NCBI GenBank assembly: GCA_963803555.1
Contig: CAWDMZ010000002.1
Span: 283,052 to 347,051, forward strand
Length of the DNA stretch: 64,000 bases
Origin: an uncultured Alphaproteobacteria bacterium
Lineage (GTDB): Bacteria; Pseudomonadota; Alphaproteobacteria; Micavibrionales; Micavibrionaceae
Direction: 5' to 3'
Position numbers and translations under genes: made by a program. Below the pieces are notes generated by a model, which saw only the letters and a list, made by a program, of their open reading frames with translations, ran no database searches and had not been told where the DNA came from. Below are positions 51,366 to 59,968 of the stretch, in pieces. Positions within the stretch are counted from its first letter, which is position 1; the number at the start of each line of letters is the position of its first letter.

Positions 51366-53598
51366 GCTGTTCTAATTCTTTGGTGAGTAGTTGCTTTAAT
51401 CTGCTTTCGTAAGATGATGCTTTTGAAGGGCTTTCAGCTTTAGCCGGCAGCGCTCTAAACAAACCGCTTTGCACAGACTTTAGGACTTCAAGTGCCTGCG
51501 CTTTTTCTTCAGTCAAGGTTTTTAAATTTTGTAAAGTTAGCAGATGCTTGCTGGGTTCATCTATGGCGATTTGTGCGAGCTCTTTTCCTGCTTTTACCAA
51601 TACGTCTTTATCCTCAGTATCTAATGCGCTATTATTTTGGATACGCTTCTCGAGTATCTCAATACTTAAACGCATATAACGGGCAGTATCTTCATGTTCT
51701 AAATCTGCTGTTTTATAAAAATTGTCAACCTCTTTAATATCACCAGTTAATCGCGTTTCTTCCTTAATGGGTGGAGGATCAAAACCGATACGGTGCACAT
51801 AAATACGGGAACTATTTTTAATCTCTTGGATCAATTTTAACGCGCTATACTGGTAGGGAAGGGAAGTTTTAGGATCACCAAGTCGCAAGTGTAGCTCACT
51901 ATCCCACATTTCCGCCATTGCCTGCTGCAACTTGTTTTTAAGTGATTCTGTAAAAAGGGTAGACTCCTCAGGATCATCGTGATTATGCATATATTCTTCA
52001 AAGGGAGATTTTTCCTCTTCCTCCCCTACTTCTTCCTCGTGAGCGTGATCTACGATGTTATGCTCATTCTCGTCATCGTGATCGTGACGAAAACCTGCCG
52101 TAGGATCCTCTGCATCAAAGTCTTCTGCCTCGGGAACCGAGACATTTATAGCGATCCCAGAATCATCCTCATCACCCATAAACTGCCCGTATTTTAAGCG
52201 TAAGGCCTTCTGGTCGAAGCCTAGATCATTGCTCTGAGACTTAAATTCCTTAACAGATAACTTTGAGCGCTCTTTAATGAGTTTCTCCGTGTCTATTATC
52301 AATTGTCGCTGGCTTCTAAAATAATCTGGCATCAAGTCTGCGCCCAGTGTTCCTTCTACCCCGAAGCCATTTGAAACAGTATCTTTTATTACCGCAAAGT
52401 ACGTCTCACTTCTGGCCACATTGGGATTAGGGTTTTTAAGATCAGAAGCCTCTACATAAAAATAGAGCTCATCACCAGCTTCCATTTGAAGCTGATCCAA
52501 ATTTATTTTTTTAGAAAGATTGACAGACAAGTCCCCCTGTCTAAAACTGGTATCAAAAGGAAGTCGCTCTTCTCTAAACTTCACAGACTCTCCAGAACCT
52601 TTGCTCACGGTAGCGATTATCTGTGCCGAAGCAATCCCAAAATCATCTGTGATCTGAGTATTGAACGACAGGTTTTTATCTTCGTCAACATCAAAAGAAG
52701 CAAACTGCGCTACGTCCTTCATCACAATCTCAGGATCCTGATCTTCAATTACTTCAATTGCATATAGGTCAGAAACATATGAGTAGTTTAAACTATCTGT
52801 AAATCTAAAATTATAATAGGCTGATGATTTTGGTGAATACGCTTTCGCGAAAATGCTCTTAGATTTCTCATCTAAAGCATTTTTAGAAACCTCCATAGCA
52901 AGCTCTTTATCCATCCCTTCTATACGTACTGAGTTTACCAATCCTTCAAATTCTAATTGCCACGATATACGAGACCCCTCCACCACCTTAACATTCATCG
53001 TAGCGCTCGTAAGAGTGCCTTTCCCTGTATAAGAAGGATATGTAATACGTAATGACTGATTTTTAAGTACCGGCGGATCATAAGCTGCGGTGACAGAATC
53101 TGCTGCTGTAAACCTGACCATTTCGGTAGCACCATTGCCAGGCTGTAAACCGTGAGCAATAGGTAAAACACCCATTTTAGAAAGTAGAAAACCAAAAAAA
53201 ACAAAGAGCATCGCAAGTACTACTGCCTTTTTGATCCCTGTCTGGGGTTGTAGAGATTTGGTCTGTTCTGAAAGCAACGTAGTCACCTTATCATATTGCA
53301 ACTGTGCTAATCCCGTAAGTTTATCTTGAGAGGCTAATGTGAGGCTTGAACTATATTCGGCAGCTGGTAAATGTTTATCAATATATGCTGCTGCGCGCGT
53401 TATCTGTATAGCCCAAGGTCTTAGAAGAAGAATCGCTACTATAAAAACGATTATAGAGACACTTAACGCAATTAAATAACTCTCCATCACAAACCAGCTC
53501 AATACTCCTAATCCTAAAGCATACAGTAACGCCTCCACTACCAGCATTAATTGCCAGCGCGTTTTAAATTGTTTTATAAAGTGCTTCCCTTCTTTCAT
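51355..53598 (-). CDS. Large membrane protein of the MoxR cluster (possibly DUF4175-like) with a His/Asp/Glu-rich segment
   Basis: ATG at 53598 (MKEGKHF) overlaps the upstream stop as TAATG. There are three or four N-terminal TM helices. An acidic segment reads HDHDDENEHNIVDHAHEEEVGEEEE..HNHDDPEE. The family name is from memory and uncertain. Confidence 0.55.
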   Translation of the reverse strand: MKEGKHFIKQFKTRWQLMLVVEALLYALGLGVLSWFVMESYLIALSVSIIVFIVAILLLRPWAIQITRAAAYIDKHLPAAEYSSSLTLASQDKLTGLAQLQYDKVTTLLSEQTKSLQPQTGIKKAVVLAMLFVFFGFLLSKMGVLPIAHGLQPGNGATEMVRFTAADSVTAAYDPPVLKNQSLRITYPSYTGKGTLTSATMNVKVVEGSRISWQLEFEGLVNSVRIEGMDKELAMEVSKNALDEKSKSIFAKAYSPKSSAYYNFRFTDSLNYSYVSDLYAIEVIEDQDPEIVMKDVAQFASFDVDEDKNLSFNTQITDDFGIASAQIIATVSKGSGESVKFREERLPFDTSFRQGDLSVNLSKKINLDQLQMEAGDELYFYVEASDLKNPNPNVARSETYFAVIKDTVSNGFGVEGTLGADLMPDYFRSQRQLIIDTEKLIKERSKLSVKEFKSQSNDLGFDQKALRLKYGQFMGDEDDSGIAINVSVPEAEDFDAEDPTAGFRHDHDDENEHNIVDHAHEEEVGEEEEKSPFEEYMHNHDDPEESTLFTESLKNKLQQAMAEMWDSELHLRLGDPKTSLPYQYSALKLIQEIKNSSRIYVHRIGFDPPPIKEETRLTGDIKEVDNFYKTADLEHEDTARYMRLSIEILEKRIQNNSALDTEDKDVLVKAGKELAQIAIDEPSKHLLTLQNLKTLTEEKAQALEVLKSVQSGLFRALPAKAESPSKASSYESRLKQLLTKELEQRER
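52839..52856. repeat. TTTCGCGAAA-core palindromic element
   Basis: acgctttcgcgaaaatgc inside a CDS, read as SIFAKAY. Confidence 0.75.
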
Positions 53599-54893
53599 TA
53601 TTGTTTTCTCAAACGCGCGATAAAGCGCTCGCCTATTAGTAAAATCACGAGCAGTATCCATAACCAGTGGTCAAAACTCACCTGCTCAGATTGTTGTATC
53701 TTTTTTTTTCCTAAAGTTACGTTTGGTTCCAGCTGTGCAATGTCCATTGACCGTTGGTCATAAATCATTGCGTCTCTTTTTACCTGTTTATCAAAGTCGA
53801 GCCATTGCAATAACTCTGAAGTAAAATCACCTTCAGTTATCGACTTTGATGTCAATACCTTTGTTAAGGAGCTCGTAGTTGCCTCAGGGAGGGAAACGAT
53901 ACTCTTTACGCTCAACTCATCTACAGCTCTAATGAGTGTTTTAGCCTTTGATTGAGGTACTTCTGAGTCACTCAGCCAGACCAGATAATCAGCATTTTTT
54001 GTATGATCATAGTTGTCTGGGGTAGCTCTAGTAATCTCAATTTTTTTATTAGTATACTCGGCGATGGCTCGTAAACTCGCTTCTATAAATACGCGTTGGG
54101 AATCATAAGCCTCCTCATAGATGAGCTGGGCTTTATATATTTCCTGTTCTTCTAAAGCTATCCACTTTTCCCTGTTATTGCTTTGTACTTTAATACTGTC
54201 ACCAGTGGTATTAATTTGAGCTTGTAGGTTTGATTTATTTTTATACGCTTTCGCAAAAGCGGACTCAAAACCATTACTTCTCAAGATAGTAAATTGCACA
54301 GTATCACCCATATCTACCGCTTGAACAATTTCTTCAAGTTCACTTTCTGATGGAATAACAACCCAATTTACATGGGTCTGAACATCTGGACGTTTGCCCT
54401 TAATTCCTGATTGTAACGCTTTTGTAAAGACTACTATACTATCACTTTGTAAGGTACTTAATTGCTGTGCAAGCTGCCAGTAATGTGAGATTTCAGTGGG
54501 TGGAGGGATTTCTTCGCTTTCTTCCCAAAGGGGAAAGCCTGCTGTAAATAATCTCCTCTTACCTTCAGGGATGTTGCTAAAACGGGCTATGGCGTCTTCG
54601 TCGGAAAGTAGGGAAGGTTCAAAAAGATACGTAATAGTTTCTCGCGAGCGACTTTTATCGAAGCGGGGCTGCGCTAGGATACATACTAATAAGCCAATTA
54701 ATAAACAACGCGTCACAAGCAACAGCCATTCATTTATCGCAATATTGTTTTGTTGCTGAGATTTGGTATCACTAATAAACTGTATGCTTCCTACCTTGAT
54801 AGTTTGTACCTTTTTCTTACTCCATAGATGAATGGCAATAGGAATGGCTAATGCCAGCAAGCCCAAAAGATATGATGGATTTAGAAAGCTCAT
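53598..54893 (-). CDS. BatA-N-terminal (aerotolerance-type double-TM) domain protein
   Basis: MSFLNPSYLLGLLALAIPIAIHLW...LLLVTRCLLIGLLVCILAQPRF matches the N-terminal double-transmembrane domain seen in BatA-like proteins. A C-terminal TM is present. I saw no vWA motif. Confidence 0.6.
   Translation of the reverse strand: MSFLNPSYLLGLLALAIPIAIHLWSKKKVQTIKVGSIQFISDTKSQQQNNIAINEWLLLVTRCLLIGLLVCILAQPRFDKSRSRETITYLFEPSLLSDEDAIARFSNIPEGKRRLFTAGFPLWEESEEIPPPTEISHYWQLAQQLSTLQSDSIVVFTKALQSGIKGKRPDVQTHVNWVVIPSESELEEIVQAVDMGDTVQFTILRSNGFESAFAKAYKNKSNLQAQINTTGDSIKVQSNNREKWIALEEQEIYKAQLIYEEAYDSQRVFIEASLRAIAEYTNKKIEITRATPDNYDHTKNADYLVWLSDSEVPQSKAKTLIRAVDELSVKSIVSLPEATTSSLTKVLTSKSITEGDFTSELLQWLDFDKQVKRDAMIYDQRSMDIAQLEPNVTLGKKKIQQSEQVSFDHWLWILLVILLIGERFIARLRKQ
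54244..54262. repeat. TTTCGCGAAA-core palindromic element, 1-mismatch copy
   Basis: tacgctttcgcaaaagcgg inside a CDS, read as SAFAKAY. Confidence 0.55.
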
Positions 54894-54894
54894 A

Positions 54895-55788
54895 CTATAG
54901 CAGCTTTGCCCGTTTTTTTAGAAAAACTTGCAGTGCCTCACCTAGGTGCACATCTAGTTGAAAGCGCTCATAACTAATTCCCTTAGAAAAGAGCCTATTC
55001 TTGATTGTCTCCATCGCCTTATCAAAGGAGGTAAGATATAGTTCTCTAGCTTCGGCAGCGTTTACTTTACGTTTTTCACCTGTCTCAAGATCTTCAAAAA
55101 TGACCTGTCCTTTGTACTCAAAATGAAGTTCGCTTTTCCCAACAAGATGTAATACAACAACCTCATTTCGTGCTGTTTTTAGTTGGCTGATCATCGCAGT
55201 AAGTTCTGATTCCTGCTCATAGAGGTCTGTAATAAAAAATAGTAATTCTCGATCCGCCCTATTGTGTAATCGCTCACTAGCAATATCTTGAGGCCACTTA
55301 CCTATATTTTGAATCGTGCTCAAACTATATAAGAACCTCTTAAAATGTTGCTTGCTCACTTGGGGTTGTAATTCCTCTATTCTTGATTCATTAATAGCCG
55401 CCAGACCAACAGCGTCACCCTGACCGTGGGAAAGATGAGCTAGGGCTGCTGTGAGCACTTTTGCAATGTCCATTTTAGAAAGTCCATCTTCTTGATGTAG
55501 CATTGATGCGCTTGCGTCTATAACAAACTTTACACGTATATGAGTATCAATATCAGCTTGTTTTATGTAATACCTACCCGAACGCGCCAGCATTTTCCAA
55601 TCGAGTAATCGTAGATCGTCTCCAGGTTCATACCCCCGATATTGACTAAACTCTAAACCCGCGCCTACTCTTCTACTGTTATTGAGACCTGAGAGATATC
55701 CATCAACAATGACACGAGAAATGAGCGCAAGACCAGATACGCTATTTATTATCTCGGGTTTTAGTAATGCTCGATAATCTTCTCTCAC
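54895..55788 (-). CDS. DUF58 domain protein (MoxR partner)
   Basis: FSQYRGYEPGDDLRLLDWK and FVIDASASM are classic DUF58 motifs. Confidence 0.85.
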   Translation of the reverse strand: MREDYRALLKPEIINSVSGLALISRVIVDGYLSGLNNSRRVGAGLEFSQYRGYEPGDDLRLLDWKMLARSGRYYIKQADIDTHIRVKFVIDASASMLHQEDGLSKMDIAKVLTAALAHLSHGQGDAVGLAAINESRIEELQPQVSKQHFKRFLYSLSTIQNIGKWPQDIASERLHNRADRELLFFITDLYEQESELTAMISQLKTARNEVVVLHLVGKSELHFEYKGQVIFEDLETGEKRKVNAAEARELYLTSFDKAMETIKNRLFSKGISYERFQLDVHLGEALQVFLKKRAKLL

Positions 55789-55794
55789 GGATAT

Positions 55795-56799
55795 TTATTT
55801 TAAAGTGAGATGTATATTTTGCAATAAGTGCTGAGTCACTTCATCTGAGGTAATTCCTTCTGCTTCGGCTTTGAAGTTCACAATAATACGATGGCGTAAT
55901 ACAGGAAGCGCTACATTTTTCAGATCTTCTAAGGTTACAGCCATTCTTCCTTGCTGCAGTGCTCTTGCTTTTGCAGTTAATATCATTGCCTGACCTGCCC
56001 GGGGTCCTGCGCCCCAACCTACCCATTGTTTTACATACTCATTTGTAGTGGTGTCAGGTCGTGTTGCTCTTACTATAGTACTTGCAAAAGTAATGAGGTC
56101 ATCGCTTATAGGAACCTCCCGTACAAGTTCTTGAAGTCTCAATATATCTACTCCTGTGAGTACGGGTACTACTTTTTCTTTTTTGCCACCAGTGGTACTT
56201 TTGAGAATATCTGTCTCTTCAGAAGCCGTGGGATACCCTATTTTGATATAAAATAAAAAGCGATCCTGCTGGGCTTCTGGTAAAGGGAATGTACCTGATT
56301 GCTCAATAGGGTTTTGTGTTGCAAGAATAAAGAAAGGTCGGTCTAGCTCATAGGTTGTGCCAGAATACGTCACCTCAAATTCTTGCATTGCTTCTAGTAG
56401 GGCTGCCTGCGTTTTAGGCGGTGTTCTATTAATCTCATCAGCAAGGACGATATTAGCAAAGATAGGTCCCTTTTTAAATTCGAAAAATTTCCTACCCGTA
56501 GCGTGATCCTCCTCCAGAATCTCCGTACCCACAATATCTGATGGCATAAGATCTGGTGTAAATTGAATACGCTTAAAGTCCAAATCTATGGCCTGTGAAA
56601 GTGTACGGATCATCAATGTTTTTGCAAGACCAGGAACCCCTTCTAACAATGCGTGTCCCCCTGCTAGAAATGTGATCAATAACTGATCTATCGTATCCTC
56701 TTGACCAATAATGACTTTTGCTATCTCTTTTTTGAGCGCTGTAAGTTTAGTCGTTAAGGTCGTTAACTCTTGCTGTAATTCTTTTAAATTTTCAGTCAT
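55795..56799 (-). CDS. MoxR family AAA+ ATPase
   Basis: Walker A GVPGLAKT, Walker B LADEINR, and FILATQNP; 334 aa. Confidence 0.9.
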   Translation of the reverse strand: MTENLKELQQELTTLTTKLTALKKEIAKVIIGQEDTIDQLLITFLAGGHALLEGVPGLAKTLMIRTLSQAIDLDFKRIQFTPDLMPSDIVGTEILEEDHATGRKFFEFKKGPIFANIVLADEINRTPPKTQAALLEAMQEFEVTYSGTTYELDRPFFILATQNPIEQSGTFPLPEAQQDRFLFYIKIGYPTASEETDILKSTTGGKKEKVVPVLTGVDILRLQELVREVPISDDLITFASTIVRATRPDTTTNEYVKQWVGWGAGPRAGQAMILTAKARALQQGRMAVTLEDLKNVALPVLRHRIIVNFKAEAEGITSDEVTQHLLQNIHLTLK

Positions 56800-56960
56800 A
56801 TCACTACGTTAAAATATCCCTTTCCTACCTTGCTGGGAAGCGCAAGTTTAACGAGGGGAATCGTCTTATCGGTCTTTATTATTTCTTTCAAAATTGATTA
56901 AAAAATCACTCTAGTACCCTAGATTATTTATTTAATTTCGGAAGCTTACGGTACTTTTTT

Positions 56961-56974
56961 CGCTTTTGCGAAAA
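56961..56974. repeat. TTTCGCGAAA-core palindromic element, degenerate copy
   Basis: cgcttttgcgaaaa, intergenic between the DUF4159 and MoxR genes. Confidence 0.4.
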
Positions 56975-57056
56975 TCACTCAACCACCTTGGCTAGTTCTT
57001 TTATAAGAGATTAAACTCATCGCTACCAGATCAGCACGCTGAACTCCTCACTACTA

Positions 57057-57677
57057 CTAACTCGTAAGCGCATACATCACGATATTTACCCCAAATCGTG
57101 TATTATCTATTTTATACCAGCGCTTATTTCTAAAATCATAATCCCACTCACAGCCATAATCTTTGTTACTGTAGAGCACACCTATTCTGCCATTAATTTC
57201 TATTGCTTTAAGATACTCGTGTACGAGGTCATCACCCCAGCCATTGAGCTCTTGGGAGGTTGTGGGAGGACCATCTTCAAACTCAAAAAAAACCTTATAA
57301 ATCTCGTGATCGTTTGGGATTTTTTTAAGTGCATCTGCCCCAAAGATCTCTGCCATCTGACGCTCAAAAGATTTGGCAAATAAGCCGTCGATATCGTGGT
57401 TGCAATCATCTGCAAAAACAAAACCTCCGTTCTCTATATACTTCTTAAAGTTCTCTTGTTCCTTTTTTGTAAACTGCACTAACTTATGACCTGAGATATA
57501 GCAAAACGGACACTTAAAAATGTCATCACTGGCTAGGGGGATGATATTCTCTTTAGTGTCTACGGGCAGGGTTGTATACTCAACCAAAGAATTTAACAGA
57601 TTAGACGGCATCCGCTGATCTACGTCCCAGTCTCCTGATTCGTATTGTAGGCGTGTGAAGAAGAATTTGTTGGGCAT
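57057..57677 (-). CDS. DUF4159 domain protein
   Basis: FFFTRLQYESGDWDVDQRMPSNLL...PFCYISGH...GGFVFADDC is the DUF4159 pattern as I recall it. Confidence 0.7.
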   Translation of the reverse strand: MPNKFFFTRLQYESGDWDVDQRMPSNLLNSLVEYTTLPVDTKENIIPLASDDIFKCPFCYISGHKLVQFTKKEQENFKKYIENGGFVFADDCNHDIDGLFAKSFERQMAEIFGADALKKIPNDHEIYKVFFEFEDGPPTTSQELNGWGDDLVHEYLKAIEINGRIGVLYSNKDYGCEWDYDFRNKRWYKIDNTRFGVNIVMYALTS

Positions 57678-57880
57678 TTGTTTAATTAGCGAGTTAGAGG
57701 AATGAGATAATTAGTTTATTTATTTGTTTCAATCTGCCTGTCATACGAGAGAATCTTAGTCTAAGCACTCAAGTTGCCTTTTTTATCGAAATTACTAGCT
57801 ATTTCGTTATCTCTTTCTCCTTTAATAGCCTTTTTTGAGGTTAGCACTTTATTTTCTTTTCATAACATGATACACAGATT

Positions 57881-58183
57881 TTAAGCTACGTTCTTATTCT
57901 TAAAATGTCGTATTTCACTCAATTCTTTTTCTTTAAATTCTTTCTCTTCCTCAATATCAAAATCATCTTGGAGTCCTAACCAGAATTTGGCCGAATTTCC
58001 AAAATACTTACTCAATCGCAAAGCAGTATCTGCTGTAATCCTACGGTTTCCTTTTATAATTTTGGAAATACGCGTTTGTGGAATGTTTAAATCTTTAGAT
58101 AAACGATAGGCCGTTATTTCTAGTGGTTCAAGAAATTCTTGATGTAGAATTTCTCCAGGGTGTATGTTTGCTAATTTCTCCAT
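57881..58183 (-). CDS. higA: HigA family antitoxin (XRE-type HTH)
   Basis: IHPGEILHQEFLEPLEITAYRLSKDLNIPQTRISKIIKGNRRITADTALRLSKYFGNSAKFWLGLQ is canonical HigA. Confidence 0.85.
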   Translation of the reverse strand: MEKLANIHPGEILHQEFLEPLEITAYRLSKDLNIPQTRISKIIKGNRRITADTALRLSKYFGNSAKFWLGLQDDFDIEEEKEFKEKELSEIRHFKNKNVA

Positions 58184-58193
58184 TACTCAATTT

Positions 58194-58526
58194 TTAATGA
58201 TAGTCTATGATTTCAACTTTGCTTGCATTTCCATTATTCCAGATAAACATAATTCTCCATTGTTTATTAATTCGAATGCTATAAAATTCACTCAACGTAC
58301 CCCCAAGCTTTTCTAGTCTATTGGAAGGAGGTACTTTATCGTCATTAAAGCCGTACTTCAAGCCACAAGAACAAACTTCATAAGAAAGATAACCAAATTC
58401 ATCATAAGGCCTCCAACCACTATCTAATGACTCTTCACCACAAACAGGACACAAGCGATTTCCATTTGCACTAAAAAGAAGTTCTATGATTGAGCCATTC
58501 CAGCACTCAATAATCTCTTTACGCAA
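58194..58526 (-). CDS. Chimeric ORF: Cys-rich zinc-ribbon-like N-terminus fused to the C-terminal ~45 aa of a HigB (RelE-fold) toxin; probably non-functional as a toxin
   Basis: PPSNRLEKLGGTLSEFYSIRINKQWRIMFIWNNGNASKVEIIDYH matches the HigB C-terminus. The first ~64 aa (CPVCGEE...EVCSCGLKYGFNDD) do not match HigB. The only start is TTG. Confidence 0.5.
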   Translation of the reverse strand: MRKEIIECWNGSIIELLFSANGNRLCPVCGEESLDSGWRPYDEFGYLSYEVCSCGLKYGFNDDKVPPSNRLEKLGGTLSEFYSIRINKQWRIMFIWNNGNASKVEIIDYH

Positions 58527-58546
58527 ACGATGATTATATAAAAATC

Positions 58547-58564
58547 ATTTTCTGCGAAAGCGAA
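58547..58564. repeat. TTTCGCGAAA-core palindromic element, degenerate copy
   Basis: attttctgcgaaagcgaa, intergenic between the pmbA-like stop and the chimeric ORF. Confidence 0.45.
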
Positions 58565-58624
58565 CCAAAAATAAAAACTGGCTACCACTATCGCGATAAC
58601 CAGTTTTATACGTTAATCTAACTT

Positions 58625-59941
58625 CTATACCGCATCTGAAAGGCTCGTAAACGTAAAGTCACGTACTTTCATATAGGGAATCAAGCTACCGTCTACACGT
58701 TCTTGTTTTCCGAGTGTTTCTAGGTTATTCAACATAATAATAGGACTCTCGTTAAAGCGGAAATTCTTTACGGGATGTTTGATTTTTCCGTCCTCGATAT
58801 AAAAGGTTCCATCTCTGGTTAGCCCTGTGTAGAGCAAGGTTTGAGGGTCTACAGAACGGATATACCAAAGTCTCGTTACTAAAATTCCTTTTTTAGTAGA
58901 CTTGATAAGATCTTCTAGTGTTGCGTCACCACCTCCCATTATAAAATTACTTGGAAAAGGTACTGGCTCAACGCCTTTTTGCTTTGCCCAGAACCGATCA
59001 TACGCAAGATTTTTTACGACTCCATTTTCTATCCAGGTAGTTTTCTTGAGCGGTTGTCCTTCACCGTTCCAAGTTCCTGAGGGTACTTGAATATCTAAAG
59101 GGTCTGACCATAAGTTTACGCGTTCATCTACGATTTTCATTCCCATTTTAGTACCGCCACCTTCTTTAGACATAAAGCTTCTACCTTCATCTGCAGAACG
59201 GGCATTGATAGAACGTCCCAATCCTTGTAACAATCCTAAACCAGCTGATGGTTCTAAAATTACAGTGTACTTTCCTGGCTCAATAGCCTTTGCCTCTCGA
59301 GATTGTACCGCCTTGTCTATAGCAATTTTTGAAGCTTCGGCCGCGTCAAATTTTGTCACATCATTAAAGTCTCTCGTCACCCATCCGGATCCTGTACCGT
59401 CATTAGAGCGCATTGTCACGGTAAATTCGACATTGGTCGCCTTGTTATAAGCAAATAATCCATTGGAATTCATAAGGGCACTAAATCCTGCACCGCCGTC
59501 TAGAAATCCTGCTGCGGTAACATCATTTGCTTTGGCAGGTTGAATGCTGCTTTCTGCTACTTGTGCACGATATTCTGGAGTCATAGTTGCTGTAGCTTCT
59601 ACATATGTTTTTGACTCTTCATACGTTTGTGGTCCCAGCGGATCCATAAACTCTGGATTTTCGGGAGCTAGTTTTGCGAGCTCTTCTGCACGTTTTACAA
59701 CTTTCTCAAGTGACGCATCGTCAAACTCGTCTATAGTTGCTGTTCCTGACTGCTTCCCAAAACTAGCGGTAACCGCCATACTCTGGTTAGACTGGTGACC
59801 TGAAGTAGATACCGAGTTGCGTGCATAACGTATGTTACCACTCTCACTACCTCCTAGGTTAATAACGCAGGCGTCTGATGTAGAAAAGCTCATCGCTTTC
59901 TCCATTATCTTTTTAGCCTCTTCTTTTGAAAATATTCCCAT
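58625..59941 (-). CDS. pmbA: PmbA/TldE-like metalloprotease subunit (TldD/PmbA family)
   Basis: 438 aa of family-typical Gly-rich beta-sheet sequence. No HExxxH motif and no signal peptide. Confidence 0.8.
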   Translation of the reverse strand: MGIFSKEEAKKIMEKAMSFSTSDACVINLGGSESGNIRYARNSVSTSGHQSNQSMAVTASFGKQSGTATIDEFDDASLEKVVKRAEELAKLAPENPEFMDPLGPQTYEESKTYVEATATMTPEYRAQVAESSIQPAKANDVTAAGFLDGGAGFSALMNSNGLFAYNKATNVEFTVTMRSNDGTGSGWVTRDFNDVTKFDAAEASKIAIDKAVQSREAKAIEPGKYTVILEPSAGLGLLQGLGRSINARSADEGRSFMSKEGGGTKMGMKIVDERVNLWSDPLDIQVPSGTWNGEGQPLKKTTWIENGVVKNLAYDRFWAKQKGVEPVPFPSNFIMGGGDATLEDLIKSTKKGILVTRLWYIRSVDPQTLLYTGLTRDGTFYIEDGKIKHPVKNFRFNESPIIMLNNLETLGKQERVDGSLIPYMKVRDFTFTSLSDAV

Positions 59942-59968
59942 TGTGTTTCTTCTTTAAAAATTGACTAA

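Noticed and set aside
53701-53709. The A9/T9 run inside the BatA_N-type gene as a phase-variation site.
   Set aside because: The reading frame is intact (LGKKKIQQ) and nothing indicates heterogeneity. It is noted only as a control for the homopolymer-error hypothesis.
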